Origin: Squalus acanthias
Lineage: Eukaryota
Reading direction: 5' to 3'
NCBI GenBank assembly: GCA_030390025.1
Contig: CM059425.1
Span: 169,510,001 to 169,574,000, forward strand
DNA: 64,000 bases
Part shown: positions 37,050 through 50,094 of the stretch, one piece after another
How the letters are laid out: every line of letters begins with the position of its first letter
Position numbering within the stretch: the stretch's first letter is position 1
The notes under the pieces: generated by a model
Seen by the model: the letters and a program-made list of their open reading frames with translations, nothing else
Told to the model about the DNA's origin: nothing
Databases searched by the model: none
Made by a program: the position numbers and the translations under genes

Positions 37050-37805
37050 GGCCCAGATATTCTGATCGCAGGCCTCCCGCGGGCGGAGGGCTGCGATCTG
37101 GAAAAATCTGCGCCCTTACCCGAGGGCTCCCGGGAGGCGCACAATTCCGCTGCTGGGCCTCTCCAAACTGCCGGTGTGCAGGGCCCACGTATCCCAGAGG
37201 TGCAGGTAGTTCGCAGCGTCCCTGGGATCACGTGGGCCATGGGGAGCCAATCAGAGAACGGAATCTCCCTTCATATATTTGACAGGAAGACCTGTCAAAT
37301 ATATGAATGGAGATCACCCCCAAAACATAGTAAAACTTCAAATAAATTTTAAAAAAACATCACATTTTTAAAATTACTTGAAATTACATAAATTAACTAT
37401 TTTAAACAAAAATTGAAATTTTTGAAAAAAATAATTAAAGTTTTTAACGGGGCTAAAAATAAACTTACCTTTCTTTAAGGTATTTTTAAATTATAAATCA
37501 GTGGAAATTTTTTTTTTACTTTTTTCAACTCTTATCCTGTTAAAAAGCAGGCCTTACGCCTGCTTTTACCAGGCGCAAGAATTGTAAGTGTTTTCTGCGG
37601 GCGGAGGGTCTCCAAAAAGTGGAACTATCCGCCCGCAGAGGCCCTTCTCCAGGGCAGCCAGAGGATCTGTCAAGAGCTTTCTTGACAGATCGGAAATGCC
37701 GGTTTCCAGCGCATGCACAGTGCATGCCTGAAACCGGCATTTCCAATGTCCCTACGTGTGGGTACACAGCGCGTACCCACCCGTAGGGACTGGAATACCT
37801 GGCCC
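37050..37805 (-). mobile_element. Harbinger-type MITE family B, reverse orientation
   Basis: Ends GGCCCAGATATTC / GAATACCTGGCCC; TSD AAT. Confidence 0.92.
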
Positions 37806-38263
37806 AATACCTGGAAGGGTTAGAGATATTTTAAATATGAAGATAAAAGTATTTGGACGTAAACACAACTTTACAGGGTATAGTTAATATAAATGGGTTG
37901 ACACGCTCCATTAAAGTTGTGGGCAGAAGGATGTCAAATGAACATGGTGAGTATCCATCTGCTATTCCCACCAACAGTAATTATTGAAGCTCAATGTTAA
38001 ACAGGTGCTAATGATGGAAAATGGATGTATGATGTCAGAATCTTATTACCGCCTCATTTGAATAAGCATACCCGTTTTAAGGCGAGTGTTTCTTTTAACA
38101 GCTGGAAATAATGAAGATGAATTGGGTGGATGCAAAAATAGAAAGTGATCTTCAACCCATTTTCAATCCTGCCCACCAGAATGCTACCAGATGAATATCC
38201 AGGCTAATGGATAAATCAACTAGATGTATCACACCTGACCTGCTGGGAGTGCTTGATACTGAC

Positions 38264-38904
38264 AGCCCAATTTTAACTTTGGGCCAGTTTTCGTCAGGTG
38301 AGCAGTAGTGTGAGTTAGAAACTTACCCGCTGCTCTAGAAATGAGGCCCAGGAGATTTTAACTCCTGGGCTTCATTTAAACCCCACCAGCCAACTTCCCA
38401 CCTGTTCTTGGTGGATAGGAAGCAGTTAAAAATCTCGTGGCCCAGAGATTGCTGAGACCAAGGTAAGTGGTGGGATCGGCTGCCGGATCTGTTCGGTGGG
38501 GGTCTTGCGATCGGGGAGAGGGGAGAGTCTGTGGTCAGGGAAGCCTAAGCCTTCCTTGTGGGGCCCGGAGGAACACACCTGCTCCTCCTGGCCCGACAAG
38601 AAATGTAAAAACATAAATACAAACATTCATTTTTAGGCCTCTTCAGGTCCTGATCCTCTTCCCCGCTGGGTTGGCCAGGTGGGAAACTCACTGCCTTTAC
38701 CCATTCAGGCCACAATTATGTCATCGGGACCCGATATGTGTATAGTAAAAAGGACCCTGCTGGCTTTGGGTTGGTATCCTTATCACCTGCTCAATTAAGT
38801 AGGCTAAAATTGCAATTGGTCGGCTCGTGGACAGGTAAGTAAGTTGGTGATTTTTAACTGCCCACCTGCCTGGTTTCCGTCGAGCGGGTATAATTAAAAT
38901 CACC
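38264..38904. mobile_element. Old GC-rich MITE-like element
   Basis: Ends resemble CCCAATTTTAAC / TTAAAATCACC; CCTGCTCCTCCTGGCCC is shared with about 18205. Confidence 0.5.
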
Positions 38905-41900
38905 TCCGAATATCTGTGGTGAGAACATGTTCCATGTACCATTAAAACTATTTTGACCTTGAGCATAAATATTTATCAGAAGTGAGAAAAAAAATGTTTC
39001 TTTTTCTTTATTAGATGAATCTCAAAAGGAAGATGTCTCTGGTACACTGACCAAATATTAACGTTTACCTGCAGATTTTTGCTTTGATTCTACTGTTCCC
39101 TTTTTTAATAAATGAAAGAAAATGAAAATTCATAGGAAGATGTGATCTGAATTGAGCTTTCTAGATATTGCGAGGAGGCATTTTTTTTTGGCTCTTTGTA
39201 ACACATAAATAACGCAGGTCTCCGAGGTAGCGGCAAGGTGCAGCGCCACAGAATCTGCACTTTTACATGGCAACAGAGGAGAGCTTAGTCATCAATCTGA
39301 GTAGGCAGACCATCTGTGAAAGTGTTTAATAAGGAAGTATAACTCAAACAAATGCTAGAGTTCATTTAATTAGATGGGCTGGCTATACAAAGGTAATCAG
39401 AGCAAGCAGATGTGGTCCAGCAGACAGCAAGAATGAGCCTGACAGATAATTCTCTTCCTCCAGTACAGTGACGGCAAATTTCCTTCCCCTTCCCAGAATA
39501 TTTTGACTGATTTCCCAAATTTCACCTATTGTGTCCCGGGAGCTGTATGGGGTCAGTTTGACAGTATTCAGGCTGTCATAAATGTCAACTCTCAGAGTTT
39601 GCAGAGTTGTGTCCACTTGCCATGTCTGTTGATAAAAGTCAGCATTTCCAGTGATGTCTGCCCCCATCTTCTGAGGTCAGTCCAGAATGTTCTGTAAATC
39701 TGGTCTGCACCACTGTAGGCCGGTGCTTGTGTGTGTGTTTAGTGACAGACCTCACGCTGCCTGGCTCCTCTTCCGAGGTTGCCCCAGAATACCCCACATT
39801 TCTGGCTACACAGACGCACCCTGTAAATTCTGCGCATGCACACATCAGGTCACAAGAGTCCTGCACTGACTCAGCAGGTAAAGAGCCATTAAACAAATAC
39901 ATTTTCTAAAGTTCTTGCTTTGACACTGTTGGAAATTATATCTAATATATTTTATATGAAAATCTTCAGACAGCAAAGATACAAAAGTAGATTTTTATTT
40001 TTACTGGCTGTATTAAGCATTGCATGGATGGAGTGCAGGGAGCGGACCACATGCCTCATTGGAGCCCACCAGATTTTCCTCCCATAAAGAAAATTAGGCG
40101 TGAGTGATCTTCTGGGGCCCACTTTTGCTCCCTGGCAGGCTAGATTGACTGGTTTCACCACTGATGAAATGCTGGGTCCATCTGAGGGCTAGGAGAGTGG
40201 GAACTCTCAATGTAGAAGTCTCTGCTTCTGGCCCCACCCTCTCTTGAGTTGGTAGCCTTGTTTGGGGCTGCATCTAGGAAAATAGGAACATAGGAACAGA
40301 AGTAGGCCATTCAGCCCCTCAAGCCTGTTCCGCCATTCAATGAGATCATGGGATATAGTGACACCACTATTCCCGGCCAGAGTGGAGATGATTGTGTAAT
40401 TCCCCTGTCAATCAAGCCTGGAGACCACACTGCTGTATATGACTGAGATTGATTTTGTGCACATAATTTGTATGTAACTATCTTCCACTCACTGCATTTT
40501 TCTGGGGAAATCACCCTGCTTTTATTGGGAGAAGTTGCTATAGTTTTGATCATAAATTTTGTTTCCTCTTGTTAGTAGAGACTCTTTTTAAATATGCTCT
40601 GTAGACTTGGCTGTACTGCGCTGTTTAAACAGACTCTGTTTTCTGAGTAAATTGACTTTGTTTGTTGTAAAATAGACTGCTTGCTGTGAGTCCAGCCGTA
40701 AGTCCCGCCCCGCCTCCAACTCATTGGCTGACACAGTGGTGTCAATAGACACACTGTTGTTTAGAGCAGGTGGAGGAGGGTCTGCCCTCAAATAGGCCAG
40801 ACCAGAAACTCCCAGGGAAGGCTGGGTCCCTTCAGCTATGGTACATGCATACCTGTGGGCCTGATGTGTTATTCTCAGTTATACTCCTCTGATTAGATAG
40901 AAATCAAGATTCAAAAATGCAGTTTTGTGGCTTTTAAGTTTTCTCTGTGATGCAAGTGAGAGAATATTGGATATGCCTGCAACATAGGCTATGACAAGTT
41001 CATGTCTCACTGCACACTCAGTGTAACTATTTATTTTCACATGCCATAGCCAAGTCCATTGGGTTTTAGTTTTCACGAAAACTTGGATTGAATGGCTGAA
41101 TATGAGCCGAAGAACACGTAAAAAGGGGAATAAACATTTTGAATTTATGCTCATTGTTAGTGAGTCATGTTCTTTGCACTCCCCTCTGAATGTTTCACCT
41201 AGGGTCATATCAGATTTCTTCTTTCTTCAGCTCTCTAAGGATCCCCACCCCTTCATCTAAGCTTATGACTCTGACACCGTGGCAGTGTCTCTTGAGTCCC
41301 TTTTCCCTTCAGGAAAGAGTCAGCGGAGATTTACACGGTGTGGAGAGTAGGCTTTGACAACTTGGCAGTGAGCTGGAGTGAAGGGCAAAGTGCCAGGTCT
41401 GGACGTGTGAGTGTACTGCTGCCATGTACAGCAGGTCCAGATTCAAGCTGGTTAGGAAATTGTTGATTTGAAAAGATGCAATAGTTTATCTTTTGTTTCA
41501 TTAGGGAGAATAAGAATGTGTAAAAGATAGAACTGCTGTATATGTGAGCACATTTTACACTTTTCAAACATAAACTTTTTATTTTATAAGGCAAAATATT
41601 AATATATTTGCAACATTTTGTCCAACAAAATGGTAAAGAAGATTAACATCTGGAAGCAGTGCTGTGTTTATAATATATCTTTTGACTCCCATGACTACAT
41701 GTTATTTCTACTACATATATCAATGCTTGCTTCATATTTTAATTAAAAACGGATTCATTTTGCCAATAAAATCCAAATTAATGTAAATAAATAAGCTGCC
41801 ACTTCACAAGAGAACAATAAACTATTCATACATTGAATTAAGTGGAAATTAAAGAAGAGAAGTTGATTTGCTTTAAATGTGCTACATAGCCGTACAAACA

Positions 41901-42704
41901 AGGTACCAGATTTCCACTGTGCTCTAAGCTGAATTAGCAGATCTCATATAAGTCAGTAGTGGGGCACTACACTTAGCTTCAAGGACCTCAGGGCAGGGAG
42001 GGACAACTTGCTGAGGATGCTCACATCTGAGTAGTTTTCAGTGTCCCCTCATTGCAAAGTCTGCAGGGTTGATTTTCGAATATTGCACAAATTGGTAAGA
42101 CAGTGATGACATCAGTGGGAGGCCTGTCAATTTTCATTGTTCAGCCTCATTTCAATGGCCGGAATTTTCTGGGGTCTGTGCGGGCATGATTGGAGACGGG
42201 TCGGGTGGGAAATTTGAAATAAGTTGCAGCGGGTCGGGAACCCGCCGTCATCCTGCCCCCACGCGCCTTTCCCTGGGGGTCGTTTGCTGGCGTGGCGGCG
42301 ACCCGACCGGCAGAGGCGGGCGACCTAATTCAAATCATTAACAGGTATTTGTCAGACCCTTAAGCGCCTTTTTCAGCCTACCTTTCAAATTTCCCTGGCT
42401 GCCCACAGGATTCCCGCAGCTCGGGAACCACGTCTGTCAGCCTGAGGCAGGAGTTGAGCGGCCATTGCTCCAGCTGATTAGATAACAGCATGAAATGTAT
42501 TATAAAAGCTCCCACCTCATAGCTGATCACTTTCCTCAGGCAGAAGCTGTTGCTGACTGCATTCCCAGCACAGACTGAGCTTTCTATAGGCTGCAAGTGT
42601 TTCCAGCAAAGTCGCCATCCAGTCTCATCTCATTGTTACAACCTATCACACCATTGACAGCTTGCTCCTCTGATCTCTACTTGGCCTGCCATCTATTCCA
42701 TCAG

Positions 42705-43900
42705 CATAGGTGCCGTTTATACTGTCTCACCTTGGTCCTCAGAATCAGACCACGATGAGCCCCATCACCAGCAGCACCAGGCAGACCATCAGCACCAACA
42801 ACACCACCAACCTTCTCCTCAACCACCTGATGCTGCACAGGACAGAGGGAATCAGCGTAGGCTGAACCGTGCCAGAGGCGATACCCCCAGCAGGGTATAC
42901 AGGCAGAGGACGAGCTTCCTCAACATGACTGAGCAGCAGTGCAAAAGGAGGCTCAGGCAATCGCGCCAGGTCGTCGCAGACATTTGCACATTGCTCGAGC
43001 AAGACTTGCAGCCTGGAGGAGCGGGTGGACACGCCTTACCAGTGGCTGTCAAAGTCACCAGAGCACCCTCAACTTCTTCGCCCCAGGCTCCTTCCAGGGA
43101 CCTGTAGCAGACATTTGCGACATCTCACTGTCAGCCACCCACAGATACATCACACAGGTCACCAATGCCCTGTTTGACAAGTCAGCCAATTATATCAACT
43201 TTGCCACTGATGACACCAGTGTTACTGAGCGGGCACTCGACTTGCCACACTGGCTGGCTTCCCACGGGTGCAGGGCGTCATCGACTTCACACATATGGCC
43301 ATCAGGGCACTCCATGTCAACCGCAAGGGCTTCCGCTCCCTCAATGTGCAGCTGGTCTGCAACCATCGGAAGATCATGATGCATGTGTGTGCCAAATTCC
43401 CTGGCAGCTGCCATGACTCTTTCGTCCTTCGCCAGTCCACCCTCCCTCAGCTCTTTGCTCCTCCAAACAGACTTTACGGCTGGCTGCTTGGAGACAAGGG
43501 CTATTCACTAAAGACATGGCTCATGACACCCATGAGGAGACCAAGTACTGAGGCTGAGGAGCGATACAATGAAAGCCACATTTCCACCAGATGTGTCATA
43601 GAGCAGACAATAGGTATGCTGAAAATGCGCTTCGGATGCCTTGACAGATCTGGAGGAGCCCTTCAGTACGCACCAGCCAGGGTCTCCAGAATCGTCGTGG
43701 TCTGCTGCATCCTGCACAACATAGTGCAGCAGCGAGGATTAGCACTGCATGAGGAGCAAGGCACTGAGCGCACAGAGGAGGAGGAGCATCAGCTGGAAGA
43801 TGAGGAGGAGCAGGAGCTGGAGGAACTTGTGGGCCAGATCCCACCAGCACCCGAACGTATTGCTGCCCAGGAGGCCTCATCATGGCCAGATTTACTTAAC
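42705..43900 (+). pseudogene. Harbinger DDE transposase, frameshifted
   Basis: [61 protein letters not shown]. Confidence 0.93.
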
Positions 43901-44189
43901 TTTACACAGTTTACCCATATAGCTGCCACATGCTGTGCCAGGTTGGCACCACCCCACAGCAATACCATAAAGGATCCCTACAATGCCCAAGCCATTCCTT
44001 TCACACTGACCACCATTGCTGGAGGTACCGCTATGTCTCACCTTTCACTGCAACTCACTAAGCCACTTCCAAAGGTGCACACAAATGTGTCCAAGATGGG
44101 AAAGTGAAAATAAAGATTTTTATGGTTGACAATACATTAAGGGAAACTTGACATTAACATTGAATAAAACGCCCAAGTGGCTACCCTTG

Positions 44190-46723
44190 TGAATCTACTT
44201 GTGTGTCATCTTTCTCTTCCGGAGCTGGAGCGCACCTTGCTGCACCTCAGTGGGGCCATGAGGACCCATGTCTACACTGACATCCCTCCTAGACAGGAGG
44301 TCTATGAGCCTCTGCCATTCATGCTCCATAGAGACCATGTGCTCCTGTGAGTGGCGCATTAGCTGCTCCATGCAGGTACCATCCTAGCCATGGAAGAGCC
44401 TATAGTTGCCATCGCCTGCGACACGGTGGTGCTCATGTTGGAGATGGGCTCCTCCATTCTCTGAACATTTGCGGTTGCAAAACCTGTCAAAGCCTCCTGC
44501 ACTTCTTCCTGCACCTCCAGGATCGCCCTCTTTCTGGATGGCCCCCGAGGCTCAGCGTCTGCATGCAGCTGAGCAGAGCTGGGAGCATCCTGCGCCCTCC
44601 GATGAGGACTCTCCACTGCTGTCCCTGTCTCCACCATCTGCTCTTGCTCACTTGTGACTGACCTGGTGACAACACTACTCTATCTCGCATGGGACCCACT
44701 GAGGTGTGCGTCTCAGCGCTGGTGCTGGGTGTGCTCATGTCTGGTGACGCTGTGCCCTCAGAGGCTGGAGGCTCCTCTGATGAGACGTCTTCCTCTTCTT
44801 CCTGTACAGTGGGGGGGTGGGGGGGGGGAGGCTCTTGATGGACCTGTGGGAGAGTAAAGAGATGAGTTAGATATGCCATATGAAGAATGGGTACAGATAC
44901 CATTATGAACATGATGGCATCAGTCCCCATATCTTTTTTTAATCGTTCATGGCATGTGGGCATCGCTGGCAAGGCCAGCATTTATTGCCCATCCCTAGTT
45001 GCCCTTGAGAAGCTGGTGGTGAGCCACCTTCTTGAACCGCTGCAGTCCGTGTGGTGAAGGTACTCCCACAGTGCTGTTAGGGAGGGAGTTCCAGGATTTT
45101 GACCCAGCGACGATGAAGGAACGGCGATATACTTCCAAGTCAGGATGGTGTGTGACTTGGAGGGGAACTTGGAGGTGGTGGTTTTTCCATGCGCCTGCTG
45201 CCCTTGTCCTTCTAGATGGTAGAGGTCGGGGTTTGGGAGGTGCTGCTGAAGGAGCCTTGGTGAGTTGCTGCAGTGCATCTTGTAGATGGTACACACTGCA
45301 GCCACGGTACGCCGGTGGTGGAGGGAGTGAATGTTTAAGATGGTGGATAGGGTGCTAATCCAGCGGGCTGCTTTGGCTTGGATGGTGTTGAGCTTCTTGA
45401 GTGTTGTTGAAACTGCACTCATCCAGGCAAGTGGAGAGTATTCCATCACACTCCTGACTTGTGTCTTGTAGATGGTGGAAAGGCTTTGGGGAGTCAGGAG
45501 GTGAGATACTCATCGCAGAATACCCAGCCTCTGACCTGCTCTTGTTGCCACAGTATTTATGTGGCTGGTCCAGTTAAGTTTCTGGTCAATGGTGACCCCC
45601 AGGATATTGATGGTGGGGGATTTGGCAATGGTAATGCCGTTGAATGTCAAGGGGCGGTGGTTAGATGCTCGCTTGTTGGAGATAGTCATTTCCTGGCACT
45701 TGTGTGGTGTGAATGTTACCTGCCACTTAGCAGCCCAAGCCTGAATGTCGTCCAGGTCTTGCTGCATGTGGGCATGGACTGCTTCATTATCTGAGGAGTT
45801 GCGAATGGCATTGAACACTGTGCAGTCATCAGCGAACATCCCCACTTCTGACCTTATGATGGAGGGAAGGTCATTGATGAAGCAGTTGAAGATGGTTGGG
45901 CCTAGGACACTGCCCACTGCCTAGGACACTAGGATATGAGCGACTGCTGTATGCCATGTAGCTGTATGATGTGTAATTCTGTCACCAGGTTGCTGAGATG
46001 TCCCCCTCTCTCCGTATTCCAACTCCAGCTGCTCGGCCACTACCCATACTTCCAACGCAGTCTCCTCTGCTGTTGTGAGGGTGGAAAATGATGGAGGCCC
46101 ACTTCCAGTTCTCTCCCTCTCCCTCTTATTGTGCGCTCTCTTCTCCTACAAGGAGGGAAAGAAGAGAAGGTAGAGTGAGGAAATGAGTGTAACGAATGGA
46201 TGGGTTAGATCTTTAGAGGGAGACTATGATGGATTGGGGTAGCAATGCCAAGTGGCCCCCTTGTGTGTTGTTAGTTGGTATGATTGCACTAGGATGAGGG
46301 TAAGTATGAGGCGTGGCTAGTGAGATGGGGATGTGATAATGTAGATAGAGAGAGAGGGATAGTTGAACGTGCAAGGTATGTTGGTGTGAGTAAGTTTGTG
46401 CAGGAGTAGTTTTGGGAAGGCAGAGTGATGGGGATGTGATGAGAGGCATAGCAGGATGAAGTTGAGTGTGGCTTTGTACTCACCTTTCCTGATCTAATGA
46501 GATCAATGAAACGTTTCCAGCACTGCACCCAGGCCCTCCTGAACACATCCCTGCTGTTGACCTCCTCTGTAATTTGGAGCCAGGCTCGATTTGTCTCTGG
46601 GGGAGGCCTCTTCCGCCCATTCGAAGGGAAGAAGACCTCTTTGCGTGGTCTGACTCCCTCCACAAGCATATGGAGGTAGTCATCGGAGAACCTGGGTGCA
46701 GCCCTCTGCCTCTGTGCAGTCAT
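44190..46723 (-). pseudogene. Harbinger Myb/SANT-like gene with 3 exons (46723-46484, 46145-45986, 44843-about 44190)
   Basis: APRFSDDYLHMLVEGV...W...QCWKRFIDL; GT-AG introns in phases 0 and 1; a LINE lies in intron 2; frameshifts in exon 3. Confidence 0.88.
44934..45917 (-). mobile_element. LINE family B, 5'-truncated copy inside the Myb intron
   Basis: GSVLGPTIFNCFINDL, MFADDCT and LGVTIDQKLNW; 3' tail GGGATGGGCAATAAATGCTGGCC...AAAAAAA. Confidence 0.93.
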
Positions 46724-47017
46724 GTCTCCAACTGTTTGGAGCAATCAAAGCCTCCAGTGCAGTGCCTGTACACTCCTAGATGAACCTTCAAATGCAATGT
46801 GGCCACGGCTCCTTTAAATATCCTGGCTGAAAACGCATCTTTGCTGCTGTCATCAGACCTGCACCATTTAATAGGGCCGATAACGCGAGGCGGGCTTAAT
46901 AGGCCCCATTAGCACAAAGTTGTTTTCTGCAGCGGGATGGAAGCAACAACGGGGTCGTGACCCGCCACGCCGACCGCCCGCACCCGACCCGCCCAGGTAA
47001 AGAAAATTCCGGCCAAT

Positions 47018-49530
47018 AAAATGGGCAAGCTGCCAATGTTACTTGTGCTCCCTATAAACACACCGCCGACTGGCACGGGCGGAAAATCTGGTGGGGCTGC
47101 AGCTATTTTAAGGTAGCATGCACCTCTTAAAGGGGAGATACACTTTTCATATGATGGTTACTGGCACTTGTTTTTCAGAATCGGATGGCAAGATGACTGT
47201 AAACAGGGCTCCCAGATTTTCGCATGGTGCCTTGGAGGTGCTAATTGAGCAAGTGAAGATCAGGAAGAAAGTCGTCTTCTGCTGTCTTGCACACCGCATG
47301 CCCAGAGAAATTAGCCAGCAGCAATGTAGAGAGGTGGGTGAGTAGGTCAATGCCTAGCATTGATTCAAGGACCTGTACAGGAAGAAATTCAATGACTTTC
47401 CCAGACTACCAAAGACTCCCCTTTACATCTCTATTTATCCACCCTACTTTAGCCCCACACTAGAAATGTTTCCCTACCTTGCTTCCCACACCTCTCCTCT
47501 AATCACAACAGGACACTTCACTGTACCTCATTCTGCTTCAGCTTGCACACTCAGGACCTGCTTCGGCCCTCACACGACTTCCCCTCCTTGCCCACATCTG
47601 CTGCTTCTTCCTCTCACCATGCTCACGATGCTAAGCTACCTCTCACATCTTCAAAACCCTTCAATAAGGCACACACTAATGCACTCCCAATCTTCTTGCA
47701 GGAGAAGCTGGCAGATAACAGCAGGGAGAGTGCAAGATCAGGAGGAGGTCCTGCCTCAGTGCAAGTGCAGGTGTTCACACCAATGGAGGAGGCCGCCATC
47801 GACATAAATGGCAGACGGAGGGCATGCAGTTTTGGAGGTCCAAATCGACTGGAGCTTGAATCGGATCACAGATCTCGTACAGTCTGTGCGCCCATAGATC
47901 TTCGTATGCAGATAGTGTTCCTGTAGTAGCTGGTGACCCTGCAATGTTAGTTGACAGGAATAACAATGTTAGTCTTTTGGCAGATGCAAATTATTTGAGG
48001 ATGGAAGAATTGGGACAGATGTTGGACATGATTGTTAGTGCGCAGAAGCAGGGAATATTCAGCTGAACCGCTCTTCAATGAGCTGTTGCCAAACAACTCT
48101 GGCTGCAGGCAATTGTTAGAACCCTCCCACTTCCTTGCCATCCTCAATGTCACCAGTGACCTCGCTCTCATTATGCTGAAGGTCTCCGTTGAATGGTGGC
48201 CCCATGTGTTTTCCCTGTTGCAGAGCAAACCACTATCATACGGGATACTCTTTGTGGGCTGTTTATCAGGAATCTACCAGGCCTGTACAGGCAGTGGAAT
48301 CATTGCTTGAAGTCACCAATAGTCTGCTTAATGAAGGTTCTAGTTGAGCCATGAATCTGATTTATAGCATAGTTCAACCACCAAGCGTAGGTTCCTGAGA
48401 AGAGTCATGAGCCAAGTGTGCAAGGGATAGCTCTTGTTGCCAAGCAGCCAGCCTCTCACCTGCTGTGCAGAGAGTGGAGAGATGAAGTAATGGTGCAAGA
48501 AAAAAAGCTGCCAGGATAACAACAACAACAACTTGCATTTATATAGCACCTTTAATGTAGCAAAACGTCCCAATGCGCTTTTCGGGAACGTAGTTAGCAG
48601 GTACAACCCTGCATGATGCGCTGTGGTCAGCACAAGTTGCACATTATTGGAGTGAAGGCACTGGGCTTGTCTGAGGGAGCTCACAGAATGACGTGGATGT
48701 AGTCACTGATGCCTTGGAATTCTGCAATCTGAGCATACCCAAGATCCCTATCCTGCTGCCTCTGGATGTCCAGGGGGAATATGATGCAAGGGTTTGCTCA
48801 GGCAAAAATGGCATCAGTTCTCTGCTTAATGCAAGCATGAGCTGCAGACTGACTGATGTCACTGATCCCTCTGATGCAGCCTGGAAGCCTTTTGTGCCGC
48901 TTCCTCCTGAACCTCCTGCAATTCTTCCTTTAGCTAATGTGGAAATGTCAGAAAGACCCCCATCATGAAAAAAGTGTGTTGCCAAAACCCCTACAAGCCA
49001 CTACAAGCTCTTTGAAATGGTCTATGTAGCCAAAACGGACAATGTAATAGAAGTAAAATATCTCCCAAAACTTTCCAGTGTTTTACCTGAGAGCAGCTGA
49101 GGATCCCTTTAAATATTGTTCGAAATGGCCTCCTCCCAACTTGTACCATCCATGATTTGTGGATGGGTTGAAAAACTGGCAATAACAACCTGAGTGGAGA
49201 CCAAAATGGCAGTGTGGCTGAAAAATAGATCAGAACCCAGATGCATCGGGTCGCACCCTGAAACCAGGAATTCTGCAAGGCCTTGTAAAGAGCAGAGCCT
49301 CTGCCCACCACTTACAAGGCCAGTGACATCGAAGGAGGCGGCGCAACAGGCAGAACTTCCAACGCAGGGAGTTCTCACATCTCCAGCCTCTCAGTCGGCG
49401 GGGGCAGGACTGGTGACTGGTATGTCCGGTGACAGTATGGCACATGTGGGCCCCACACTCGAGGGTCCAAGCCGAGATTGTCACAGATTTCCACTGATAA
49501 ATCCCCAGGTTTGTTTGGGTGGTGAAAAAT
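47018..49530. mobile_element. Older Harbinger element hosting 42157-47014 (left end probably near 42066)
   Basis: Plus-strand Myb remnant MTVNRAPRFSHGALEVLIEQV at about 47192 and exon 2 EKLADNSRESARSGGGPA from 47702; minus-strand transposase remnant GWLLGNKSYPLHTWLMT at about 48400; ends approximate. Confidence 0.75.
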
Positions 49531-50094
49531 CAATTTCCTCTTGAGATTTAGAATAATTTCCCGTTATTTTCGAACCTAAAATCAGATCTAGAGAGTCATG
49601 AAAATTGCACTTAGAATGTCAGCATGTACATTGAGTGTTGTAAGTGCCTTGCTGACTTCACTCTGGAACTGATTTTTGGCAGGAAAGGAAGCAAAGACTG
49701 CGCAATTTGGATTTTTTTTAAGGGAATCTGGATCAACTTACAGAGGTCCTATGGGGGTGGAGGAGGGGGGTGGATGGTGCTGGGGCCAGGCTGAAGACAG
49801 AAGGATAGGTGTTTTTATTAATTTGAAGAACTTCCTCAGGATGCTTTGAGGTAATCAGAGCCTCCTGGCTGTTGATCTTCATCAGAAGGCCCTGATCTTG
49901 ACGGCCCAATACACAGCTATAGGCTTGAAAGACCAACAGTTGCACTTAAATTTGCACCTTTTTTTTTTAAGATGCAAGGCTAGCCCGTGGATGAGTCTCT
50001 GCCTGGAATACGTCCAGACCATGCACATGGTCTTGGGGAGGGAAAATGCAGGCAACCAACTCTTCACAGGTCCAGCATACCTGATGTGTGCTGC

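Larger units (their letters stand above)
42157..47014. mobile_element. Two-gene Harbinger transposon (family C)
   Basis: Perfect 14-bp TIR GGCCGGAATTTTCT; TSD AAT (42154-42156 / 47015-47017); convergent transposase and Myb genes. Confidence 0.96.

Noticed and set aside
40700..40760. RSS heptamer CACAGTG, or a GC-box/CCAAT promoter
   Set aside because: No nonamer at 12 or 23 bp spacing, no V/J segment, no CpG island and no downstream exon.
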